A stretch of 47,079 bases of DNA. It comes from Nevskiaceae bacterium. GTDB lineage: Bacteria; Pseudomonadota; Gammaproteobacteria; Nevskiales; Nevskiaceae. Under the pieces are notes generated by a model. The model saw nothing but the letters and a program-made list of their open reading frames with translations. It was not told the origin of the DNA and ran no database searches. Positions 15,301 through 27,300 of the stretch are shown in pieces. Each line of letters starts with the position of its first letter. The stretch's first letter is position 1. The translations under genes and the position numbers were made by a program. Where the stretch lies: contig JBOICR010000189.1 in NCBI GenBank assembly GCA_050740195.1, forward strand, positions 1 through 47,079, written 5' to 3'.

Positions 15301-18300
15301 CGGCCACGATCGCTTCGCGCACCGCCGGGTGCTGCGCGAGGCAGCTCTCGATCTCGCCCAGCTCGATGCGGAAGCCGCGGATCTTCACCTGGAAGTCCTT
15401 GCGTCCGATGAACTCGAGACTGCCGTCGGGCCAGCGCCGCACCAGATCACCGGTGAGATATACGCGCTGCTCGCCCGCATGTCGTGCACGGGGATTGGTT
15501 CTGAAGGCGGCTTGCGTTTCTTCAGGGCGGCCGATGTAGCCCCGCCCGACCACCGGCCCCGAGATGGCCAGCTCGCCCACCGCGCCAAGCGGCAACAGCA
15601 TCAGATGCTCGTCGACCACGTGCAGCTGTGCATTGGCGACGGGCTTGCCGATCAGGACACGCTCCACCGGCGCAAGGATCGCCTGGAACGCCACATCGTC
15701 GGAGCATTCCGCTGGCCCGTAGGCGTTCATCAGCGGGATGCCGGGGTACTGCTCGAACCAGCGCGCCACCAGCTCGCGCGACAGCGCCTCGCCGGTCGGC
15801 ATCACCCAGCGCAAACAGGTCATCGGCTTGCGGCAGGTCAGTGCGGCCTGCATGACCGAGGGCACCGGCTCCCATACCGTGGCCCGCTCCGCGGTCAGGT
15901 GGTCGAGCAGCGCCTCGGGGTCGCGCGTGAGGTCGTTCGCCACGATCAGCACCTTCCCTCCGAGCAGCAACGCCGTGAGGAACTGCCAAACGGAAATGTC
16001 GAAGCACTGCGAAGCGGTCTGCGCGATCACGTCGTCTGCGCCGAGCCCGAGCGGCTCGAACTTCGAGCGCATGTTGTTGACCATGCCGCGGTGCTCGATC
16101 ATCACGCCCTTGGGCTTGCCGGTCGAGCCGGAGGTGAAAAGCACGTATGCCAGGTCGTCCAACGCCGGATAGGGCAGCGCCGTCGTTGCTGGCGCAGGGC
16201 CGGCCAGCAGGTCGGCCATGCTGCTCACCTGGCCCGCCGTCCACTTGCGACGCAGCCAGCGCTTCTCCGTCGCGAGGCCGTCACCCACCCACAGGATCAG
16301 CGGCTGCGCCTCTTGCAGGACATCCAGCCAGCGCTGCGACGGGTGCTCCGGATCGAGCGGCATGTAGGCCGCGCCGGATTTCAGCACGGCGACGATCATC
16401 ACCAGCAGGTCGATCCCGCGCTGGTCCAGCAGCGCCACGATCTGGCCGGGGCCGGCGCCTTGCGCCACCAGCTTGGCGGCGAGCCGCGTGGCGCGCTGCT
16501 GCAGTTCACGGTAGCTCAGCTGCGCCGTGCCGCATCGCACCGCAATGCGATCGGGTGTGCGCGCGGCCTGCTCGTCGAACGTCTCGGGCCAGCCCCGCTC
16601 GTACAGCTCCGGCCGGCTGGTGTCGTTGAAGGCCTGCAGCAGCCGGTGCTCGTCATCACCGAGCAGGTCCAGCGACTGCGCCGGCCGCTCCATGTCGGCA
16701 ACCATTGCCGCGACCACGCGCTGCAGGTAGCCGACCTGACGCTGCATGGTCTCGGCATCGAACAGCGCCGTGGCGTATTCGAAAGCGCCGGCGATACGGT
16801 CGCCGTTCTCGCCGATGTCCAGCGTCAGGTCGTACTTCGACAGCGTGCCGGGTGGGCGCAGCGGCGTGGCCTGCACGCCCTCGAGCGCATAGTCGTTCAG
16901 GCCCTGGTCCTGCCAGTTCAGCATCAGCTGGAACACCGGCGTGTGGGCCAGGCTGCGCGGCGGCTGCACGATCTCCACCACCTGCTCGAACGGCAGCTCC
17001 TGGTAGCGTTGTGCATCGAGCACTTGGCGTTTCACCCGCTGCAGCAATTCGGCCAGCGTCGGGTTGCCCGACAGGTCCAGGCGCAGCGCCAGCGGGTTCA
17101 CGAAGAAGCCGATCATCGGCTCGGTGTCGAGCTGCGCGCGGTTGGCCACGGGGGTGCCGATCACCAGGTCGTGCTGTCCGGACAGCCGGGACAGCACCAC
17201 CGACCAAGCCGTCAGCAACGTTATGAACAGCGTGGTGCCATGATGCCGGCTCAGCGCCTTGAGCTGCACGGTCGTCCCGACGTCGAAGCCGAGCTCGACC
17301 AGGTCGCCTGCATAGTCCTGCTGCACCGGACGCGGCCGGTCGATGGGCAGCTCCAGCAGCGGCGGCGCGCCGGTCAGCGTGCGCCTCCAGTAGTCGCTTT
17401 GCTCCTGCCACAGCGCGCCGGTCAGCCATTGCTGTTGCCAGGCGGCATAGTCGGCGTAATGCAGCGCGAGCGGCGGCAGCGGATCGTCGCCGCCGCTGAC
17501 GTAGGCGGCGTAAAGCGCCTGCAGTTCCTGCTGCAGCAGCGCCAGCGACCAGGCGTCCATCACGATGTGGTGCATCATGATCAGCAGCACATGGTCGTCC
17601 GGCCCGACGCGCACCAGATCCCCACGGATCAACGGTCCAGCCATCAAATCGAACGGTGCGTCGAACGCATCGCTTATCAGGCGCTGGGCTGCCTGCTCGG
17701 CATCGGTCCGGTCGCTGAAGTCGTGCGTTCGAAGCGTGAAGCCGACGTCCTCGGCGGCGATGCGTTGCGTCGGCTCGCCGTCGATCGCATGAAAGGTCGT
17801 GCGCAACACTTCGTGTCGCGCCACGATGCGGTCTAGCGCGCGCCGCAGCGCCGTTGCGTCCAGGCGCCCGCGCAGGCGCAGCGTCCCCGGGATGTGGTAC
17901 GTCTGGCTCACGCCTTCCATCTGGCCGAGGAACCACAAGCGGTGCTGTGCAAACGACAGCATGAGCGGCTTGTCGCGCGGCACCCGCGAGATCGGCGGCA
18001 ATGCGTCGCGTGAAGCCTGGTCCACGGTTGCGGCGAAATCCGCGAGCACCGGCCACGCGAACAGCTCGGCCACGTCCATCTCGGCGCCAAGCTCAGCACG
18101 CACTCGCGCGATCACCCGCATCGCCAGCAGGGAATGCCCGCCCAGCGCAAAGAAGTCCGACTTGGCGCCGATCTGCTCGGTGCGCAGATGCAGCACAGAT
18201 GCCCAGATCGCCGCCAGGCGCGCCTCTGTCGCCGTGCCCACCGGCATGTTGTCGCCGCCCACATCCAGCTCGGCGGGCTCGGGAAGCGCCTTCTCGTCCA

Positions 18301-21300
18301 GCTTGCCGTTCTTCGTCAGCGGCAGTTGTTCCAGGATCAGGATGGCCTGCGGCAGCATGTACTCGGGCATGGACAGCCGCATGAAGGCGCGTATCGAGGC
18401 CTTGAGCTCTTCCTCGCCGGCCGATGCCTGTGCCGGCACCACCCAGGCCAGCAGCCGCTGCTCGCCGCCGGTGCCGCGCACCAGCACGGCCGCATCCCGG
18501 ACCTGCGGGTGGGCCTGGATGCGACCCTCGATCTCGTTCAATTCGATGCGGAAGCCCCGCAGCTTGACTTGGCGGTCGCGCCGGCCAACGAATTCGATGC
18601 AGCCGTCGTCGAGCCAGCGGCCGAGGTCGCCGGTGCGATAGACGCGCCCGCCCTCGACCCAGGGGTCGGGGATGAACTGGCAGTCGGTGAGCTCGGGTCG
18701 ATTCAGGTAAGCTTGGGCTACGCCGTCGCCGCCGATCCAGATCTCGCCGGTCAGTCCCGGGGCGCACAGCTGACCGAGGCGGTCGACCACGTACATGGTC
18801 GTGTTGGAGATTGGCTTGCCGATCGACAGCGTCCGCCCTTTGAGCGCACCCGGCTCGCACACCCAGGCGGACGACAGGATCGTCGTCTCGGTGGGGCCAT
18901 AGCCGTTGATATAGCGGCAGCGCTCGCCCCAGCGCCGCACGAGCTCGAGCGTGGGAGCCGACCCCGCGGTCAGCAGCGTCAGGTCCGGCGGCACGAGCGC
19001 GGGATCCATCTGCTGCAGATAGGTCGGCGGGAAGGCGGCGAAGCGGATGTCGTGTGCGCACAGATACTGCGCAAGCGCGCGCGGGTCCTGGATCAACGCG
19101 TCGGCCAGCAGGTGCAGTTCGGTACCGGCGAGCAGTCCGGCAAAGATCTCGCCGGCCGAGGCGTCGAAGGTATAGGGCGCGAACTGCGTCGTTCGGTCGC
19201 CCGCCCGGAACAGGTCCACCTGCGTGCACCAGGAGCAGAAATTGACGAGGTTGCGGTGGGAAATCGCAACGCCCTTGGGCGTCCCCGTGGTGCCCGAGGT
19301 GTAGATGACGTAGGCGGTGGCCTGCGGGTCCACGTCGACCAGGCGGCCATCGGCATCATCGAGCTCGGCCGGACAGTCCTCCAGGCAAAGCAGGTTCTCG
19401 TCCGCCGGCGCGTCGCGCCCGGACCGTTGCGTCAGCGTGCAGCGGATGCCGGCATCGGCCAGCAGGAAGGCGCGGCGCTCCGGCGGACAGTCGAGCGCGA
19501 TGGGCACGTAGGCGGCGCCGAGACGCGTGACCGCCAGCATCGCGGCGACCAGCGTCGGTTCCTTGCGCAGGGACAGCGCCACGCGCGAGCCCGCCGACAC
19601 GCCGTTGCGGGCCAGCCAGGCCGAGAGGATGCGCACCCGTTCGTCCAATTGTTCATATGTCCACGTTTCCTCGCCACAGACGATGGCGACGGCCGCGCCG
19701 CGGCTGCGTGCCGTCGCCTCGAACAGCGCCGGCAGCGCGCGATCGCCCGGATATGCCACAGCCGTGTCGTTCCACTGCCGAACCGCCCGCTCCTGCTCGG
19801 CCTCGCTCAGAAGGGACAACTGCGCGAGTGTCTGCCCGCCGCCCCTGGCGAAACTGGCGAGCAACCGCTCAAGTCGGCGCAGCAGCGTCGCAATGGTCTG
19901 CGCATCGAACAGCGCCGTGCGGTAGGCCAGCTTGAGCGCCAGGCGCTCGCCGGGATAGACCGCCAGGTTCAGTGCGAAGTCGTTCTGCTCGACGCTCTCG
20001 ATGGCGACGATGCGGGGAAGATTGGCCGCCGCGGACAGCACCGAGCGGTCCAGCGGATAGTTTTCGACCACCACCAGGCTGTCGAACAGCGCCTGCCCAC
20101 CGCGCGCGCCGCTGCACCGCTGGATATCCGCCAGCGCGAAGTGGCCGTGGTCGTCGTGGTCCAGTTGGCGGCGCTGAATCTCCTTGAGCCAGGCGCCGAG
20201 CCTGCAATCGCCATCGATCTTCAGGCGCAGCGGCAGTGAGTTGATGCAGATGCCGACCAAGGATTCGCTGCCGGCGAGTTCCGGCGAGCGGCCGCTGGCG
20301 GCATAGCCGAACAGCACTTCCGGCTCGGCGTTGTACTTGCTCAGCAGCAACCCCCAGGCCGCAAACATCAGCGGGCCGAGGCCCACGCCCTCGGCGCGCG
20401 CGAGCCGCGTCAGCCGCGCCGTAGCCTCGACCGGCAGCATGCGCGTCTCCAGCGCCTGTTCGTAGTGCCGCGGCGGCGCCGCGTCATCGGCGCGCAGCGG
20501 TGCGAGCGGCAAACTCGCGCTGGCGGCGATGTCGAGGCCGTCGAAGTAGGCGTGCCAGTAACGTTCCGCCGCCGGCCGGTCGCGCGACTTCAGCCATTCG
20601 ACGTGATGCCGCCAGGCGGGCCGTGCCGCTGTCGCCGGTTCCGAACCGGCGTAGATCTCGAACAGTTCGTTGATCAGCAGCCCGATCGACCAGCCGTCGA
20701 GCAGCGCATGGTGGTGGGTCCAGGCCAGGCAATGGCCTTCGTCGCTCGTGCGCACCAGCAGGAGGCGCATCAGGGGCGCGGCCGCGACGTTGAATGGCTG
20801 CGTCCGCTCTTCCGCCAGCAGCCGTTCCAGCGCGTCCGCACCGCGGAGCGTCCGGCCGTCCACTTCGCGCCAGGGCAGCTCGACGCGCTCGCAGACCACC
20901 TGCAGCAGGCATGCCAGGCCGCAATCGACGAAGGCCGTGCGCAGCACATCGTGCCGCTCGAGCAGCGCCTGCCAGCTTTGCCGCAGCCGCGCCGCGTTGG
21001 CGCCGTCGAGCTCGATCCGCAGCTGAGTGAGATAGACCCCACTCTGCGGCGCGCGAGCACTGAACAGCAGCAGGCCCTGCTGCATGCCCGTGCAAGGGTA
21101 GACGTCCTTGCAACCGGGATAGCGCGACTTCAGCGCGGCGATGTCGACCGGCGCCAGTTCCGCGAGCCCGAATGCGTTCGATACGGCGGTGTCCGCCGTC
21201 CCCATGCAGTGCGCAACGATCGCGCGCAGGGCCTCTACGTAGCGCGCGGCCAGCGCAGCAATGGTGCCGTGCTCGAACTGCTCCCGGCTGTAGTCGAAGC

Positions 21301-24300
21301 GCAGCAACAGCACGCCGTCGCGGACCAGGCCCCCGATGCGCAGCGCATGCGTGCGGCGCCGGCGCGGGCTGACCTCGCTGCCGCCGACTGTCGCCGCATC
21401 GAATTGCCCGAGGTAGTTGAACAGGATCTCGGACGCGCCGTCCGCACAGGCGGCGACCTCCTCGTCCTGCGCGAGCCGCCGCAGCACACCGTAGCCTAGG
21501 CCCTTGTGCGGCACGGCCTCGAGCTGCGTCTTCGTGCGACGGATCTGTGCGCCGATCTCTGCACGCACGTCGCTCAGTTGCAATGGATAGAGCGTGGTGA
21601 ACCAGCCGACCGTTCCACTCGCATCGAGCCCGTCGAACAGGTCTGCGCCTTGCGGGCTTTCGCGGCCGTGGCCTTCGAGATCGATGCGCACGGCGTCGGC
21701 CGCGAGCCACTCGCCGAGGGCCCGGCCGAGTGCGGCGATGAGCAGTTGCTGGGTGCGTGTGGCGTGGCGCGTGTTGGCTTGCTGCAGCAACAGGCGCGTG
21801 TCTTCGGCGCCGAGGCTGGCCTCGACGATGGACGTGGTCGTCTCCAGCGGCTGCATGCCCTCGCCTGCCTGCGGCAGATCGAAGCGCAGGCGGGCGCAGG
21901 ACTGCGACAGTTGGCCGATCCAGTACGCGCGCTCCTGCTCCAGCGCCGGGCTGTAGGCGTAGTCGTGCAGGCGCGAGGCCCAGTCCTGGTAGCTGGCAGG
22001 CTTGGCCTCCAGCGCCACCGCTTCGCCGCGGCCGAGCTGCGCCAGCGCGGTCGCCAGGTCGGCAGCCAGGATGCGCCAGGACACCACGTCGACCACCATA
22101 TGATGCATGACCCACAGCAGCCGTTGCTCACCGCCTTGCACCACCCGGCGCCAGCCGAAGAGCCGGCCCTGGCGGATGTCCAGCTGTGCCAGCACTTGCG
22201 CTACGTGGACGGCAGGATCGAATTCGCCGGGCGGTTCCGTGGTACCGAGAAATGCTTCCAGCATTGCCGGCGTCGGCGAAAGCAGCTCTGGCCGGTAGTA
22301 GGCGACCCAGCCACCGGCCGTCTCGCGGAACTTCAGCCGCAGCGCGTCGTGGCGCGCGACCAGCGCCGCCAGCGCCGATCGCAGCATGTCGTGCGTGATC
22401 CCATGGGGCAGCGCGACGAGCGTGTACTGGCAATAGCGATCGACGTCGATGCGGTCGTCCTGCAGGAATTGCAGCTGGATCGGCAACAGCCGCTGCTGAC
22501 CCTGCACGGGCCGTTCGGCTGGTGTCGGGGGGGGTGCCGGCGCGGCCTTGCCGGCCTCCGGGCTCGCGACCCGGCCGACGAGCTTGCGTATCGTCTGCTC
22601 CTCGACCATGAGCCGCGGCGTCAACGCCAGGCCCTGCTTGCCCGCCTTCGCGACGACCTGGATGGTGAGGATGGAATCGCCGCCGATGGCGTAGAAGCCG
22701 TCCGTCACACCGAAGGAGTCGGTGCCCAGCACCTCTTTCCAGATGCTCCACAGCGTCCGCTCGGCCTCGTTTTCCGGCTCGGCGTGGGCGCCGTGGGCGT
22801 AGGCGGATGCATCCGGTTCCGGCAGGCGCGCGCGGTCGATCTTGCCGTTGGCGTTGCGCGGCATCGCATCCAGCACCACGAACGCGGCCGGCACCATGTA
22901 CTCGGGCAGTGCGGTGCGCAGGCGCGTCACCAGCGATGCGATCAGCGCGGTCTTGTCGACGGCGTCGGCGCGCTTGGCGACGAGATAGGCGACCAGCTGC
23001 TTCTGGTTGCCGTTCTGCTTGACCAGCACGACGACCTGCTTGACCTCGTCGTGGTTGGCGATGGCCGTCTCGATCTCTCCGAGCTCGACGCGGAAGCCGC
23101 GGATCTTGACCTGGTGGTCGATGCGTCCGAGGAAGTCGATCAGTCCGTCCTCACGCCAGCGCACAAGATCGCCGGTGCGGTAGAGGCAGGCGCCGGGCTC
23201 GGCCGAATATGGATCCGGGACGAACTTCGCCGCCGTGAGCTCCGGCTGGTTGAGATAGCCGCGCGCGACACCGGGACCGCCGACGTACAGCTCGCCGTTC
23301 ACGGCGGGCGGCAGCAGCTGACCGTCACGATTGATAACGTACGCCGTGGAGTTGGTGATCGGCCGGCCGATCGGAACGATCTCGGCATCCGCATCGGAGA
23401 CGAAGTGATACGTGGAGAACGAGGTGTTCTCGGTCGGTCCGTAGCCGTTGATGACGCGCAGGCCCGGGTTGGCCCGGCGCGCCAGCCGCACGTGCGGTGC
23501 GGAGAGCGCGTCGCCGCCGATCATCAGCTGGCGCACGCCGGCGAACAGGTCGGGCTGTTCCTGCACCAACTGGTTGAACAGCGGCGCGATCAGCCACAGC
23601 GTCGTCACGCGCTTGGCGCGTATCTCGGCGGCGAGCGCCGCCGGATCAAGCAGCGTTTCCTCGTCCACGATCGCGAGCGGCAGGCCGTTGAGCAGCGCAC
23701 TCCAGACCTCCCACGTGGTCACGTCGAAGCCGGGCGCACTGGTGAGCAGAATGCGGTCGTCGGGCGCGAACGCGATGTCGGCCGAGTTCGCGATCAGACG
23801 CACGATGGAGCGGTGCTCGATCATGACGCCCTTCGGATTGCCGGTCGAACCGGAGGTGTACATCACATAGGCGAGCTGCCTGCTGTCATGCGCGGCGGAC
23901 GGCGCCGCGTCGGGTGCGTCCGCGACGGGCTCATCCAGGTACAGCGGCGTGATGTCCAGCTCGGCGGGAATCGCGGACGCGAGGTCGCGGCGCTGAAACA
24001 GCACCACCTTGCAGCCCACGTCCTTGACCATGTGGCGCACGCGGTCGGCGGGGTAGCGCGGGTCGATCGGCACGTAGGCGCCGCCGGCCTTGAAGATGGC
24101 CAGGATGGCAACGACCATGTCCGGCGAACGCTCTGCCACGAGCCCGACCACAGTCTCCGGCCCGACGCCTTGCGCGCAAAGCACGCGCGCCAGGGCGTCG
24201 GTTCGTTGGTCCAGCTCGGCGTAGCTGACCGTGGTGTCCCTGTACAGCAGGGCCGGACGTGTCGGATGAAGCTCGGCCTGTACACGGAACAGCTCGTGCA

Positions 24301-27300
24301 CGCAGCGCTCGTGCGGATAGTCGCGTCGGGTGTCGTTCCACTCCTCCACCACCCTGCGTTGCAGGGCGGCAGGCAGCAACTGCAGCCGGTGCCACGGCTC
24401 GTGCGGTTGCGCGACCAGCGCCTCCATGCAGCAGGCGTAGATCTCCAGCCAGCGCGCGACGGTGACTGCGTCGTAGCGGTCGGCGTCGTAGCCGATGCGC
24501 ACGTCGTAGGCCGACAGCGTCGCGCCGTCCACCACCGTCACGTCGCGCTCGATCAGGCCGAAGATGAAGCCGTAGTTCGTCGATTCATAGCCGCCGACCA
24601 GCGTCGGGCGAAGCTCCTGCGCCGAACCGTAGCGACGGCTCTCGACGTTGAAGAGGCTGTCGAAAATCTCGTCCTCGAGCACGGGCTTGACTGCCTCGTG
24701 GATGACCGACAGCGGAAAGGCCGCCGCCGCACGCATCCGCTCGAGCTGCCCGCTGATCGTTGCGGCGATGTCGCCGAAGGTCGCGGTCGCCGGCACGTCC
24801 AGCACCAGGGGCAGCGTGTTGACGCAGCAGCCGGTGATGGTCTCGACGCCAAGGATTTCTTCCACGCGGCCGGTCTGGATCACCCCGCAACGGACCTGCG
24901 GCTGCCCGCCGAGGTAGCGCAGCAGGCCGACATAGCCGGCCAGCCACAGGCAGTTGACGGTCACGCCGCGCTCACGCGCCGCGGCGCGCACGGCCGCGAC
25001 CAGGTCGGCTGCCAGCGTGCCAAGATGCAGCCGCGTGTCGGGTGCGTCCGCATTCGCCGCGGTCTTGCGCTTCGCGCGTGCGGGCAGCTGGCACGCCGTC
25101 GGTGCCCAGGGCAGGCCCGAGAAGTACGCGCACCAGTCCGTGCTGGCGCGCAGCCGCTGCTGCTGCGCCACGACGTCGGCCATGCCGGCCAGCGGCGCGT
25201 CGGGCAGCGGCACCGCTTCGCCGCGCTGATGGCGATAGGTCTGTAGCAAGTCGTTGAGCAGCAGCTCGATGCTCCAGCCGTCGTGAACGATGTGGTGGAT
25301 GCCGAGTACGACGAGAAAACCGTCGCCGCCTTCGTCGACGGCGTCCAGCCTGAACAGCGGCGCGTGGTCCAAACGCACCGGCACGCTGCGCGCCTTGCGC
25401 AACAACGCCTGAGCAAGCTCCTCGCTCGTCCCTGGCGCCGCGCGATGCACGGCGAGTGGCAGCGCCACCTTCTGCAGCACGACTTGGCAGGCATCGCCGT
25501 CGTCCCATTCCTGGATGTACGTGCGCAGGCAGTCGTGCCGCGCCACCCAGTTGGCGACGGCCTCGCGCCATGCCGCCTCGTCCCAGGCGCGTGGCATGCG
25601 GTAGCACATGTGCACTTGGTAGGTGTTCTGGTGCCGCAGCATCGTCTGCTGCATGTCGGTGAGCGCACAGGCACCCACCACCGTCGCCGGCAGCCGATCG
25701 GCTTGCGCCTGGCTGAGCGCGAGCTGCGGAAAGGCGGACGGTGTCCAGCGCCGGTTCGTGGCCTCGCTGCAATGCGCGATCACCTCGCCCAGGCACTGCA
25801 CGATCGCCTCGCCCAGGCGTCCGATCGTGCCATCGGCCCACGCCGCCGCGTCGTGGTACAGGCCGATGATCAACTCGCCGTCGCGAATCTCGCTCTCGAC
25901 CGACAGCAGGTAGGGGCTGGTGTTGCCCTCGCCCAGCTCAATGGCGGCCACGGGCACGCTGCGCCACGCGTCGTACGTGCGCTGCACCACACCCGAGAAG
26001 TTGAATAGTACGTCTGGCCGGCGGCAGCGAGCGAACTCGGCGCGCACGCCGGAGTCGTCGCCGAGATAACGCAAGGTATAGAAATCTCTGCCGCGCCGCG
26101 GAATGGCGGCACGCGTCTCCTTCAGCGCCATCAGCCAGCTGCTGCCGAGGGCGCCGCCGGCCGGCACGGCCATGCACAGCGGATGCACGCTGGTGAACCA
26201 GCCCACGGTGCGATCTACCCCGCGCAGCCCGGCAAGGGCCTCGTCGCGGCCGTGCCATTCGACGTCGATGGCCACGCGCTGCACATCGAGCGTACGCGCG
26301 AGAGCGAGGTAGGTGGCCGCGAGCACGAGTTCCTCGGGGCTCTGGCGATACCCACTGCCCGCGCACTGGAGCAGGCGGCTCGTCTCTTCCCGCGACAGCA
26401 GGTGCCGCGACACGGCGAGCGCGCTGCTTTGACCCCTGCGACGCAACGGCAGGGCGTCCGCCTGCTCGACTGCATCAAGCACCGGCCGCCATTGCGCCAG
26501 CAGCTGCCCCGAGTTCCCGGCGACCTGATCCTGCAGCCGGCCGGCCCAGTCCCCGTAGGCTACACTCTTGCCAGGCAGCACCTGCGTCACGTCGGTCTCG
26601 GCGCTGCGATAGAGCTGGTGCAGGTCGTCGAGCAAGATGCCGTGGCTGACCGTGTCGACAATCAGGTGGTGCAGCACCCACACCACGCGCGAGCGCCGAG
26701 GCGAGCTGATCACGGCCAGCCGGAACAGCGGCGCCGCATCGATGCGCAATTCCTGGGCAAGGCGGCGGCAGTACGCCTCGCTGGTCGTGTCCAGCAGCGA
26801 ATCGACGAGCTCGAGCACGTGCGGTGCGGGCAGCGTCATCGATTCGGGCAGGATTTCCTGCCGCCATCCGGCGGTCGCTTGTGCGTCGGGCACGAAGCGC
26901 GCGCGCAACTGGTCGTGGTAGCCGGCCAGGCGCGTGCAGGCCCTGCTCAGGCGCTCCACGTCGATGGGCTCGTCGCTTTCGAACACGAGGCTTTGGCAGA
27001 ACGTGCCGGGGTGGGCCAGTTGCAGGCCGAAGAACCAGCCCTGGATGGGCGCAAGAGGCGCCGCGCCTGGGCGGCTTGCGTAGTCGCGCTCGACGACGCG
27101 CTGTCCGCCGGCGCGCAAGAGCCGAGCGTAGTCGGCCAGGCGCGGATGCTGGAGCAGTTGCGCCGACGTGGGCTGGTAGCCCAGGCGCTTGACCGCCGAC
27201 GTCACCACCAGCGACGTCAGCGAGTCGCCGCCGAGATGGATGAAGCTGTCTTCGCGCAGGATGCGCGGCCGCTGCAGCACGCTGCGCCAGATGGCCGCGA

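Noticed and set aside
13334-17836. Very long plus-strand ORFs opposite the megasynthases (13334-17836 1500 aa; 21506-25246 1246 aa; 37001-40972 1323 aa; 40985-44905 1306 aa; 18134-20239; 9437-11242; 26183-27751; 27773-29431 and many shorter ones).
   Set aside because: They are Arg/Ala/Gly/Pro/His-rich with no recognisable motifs. They lie exactly antisense to frames that carry complete NRPS, PKS and aminotransferase motif sets. This is the typical stop-codon-poor antisense frame of ~75% G+C DNA.
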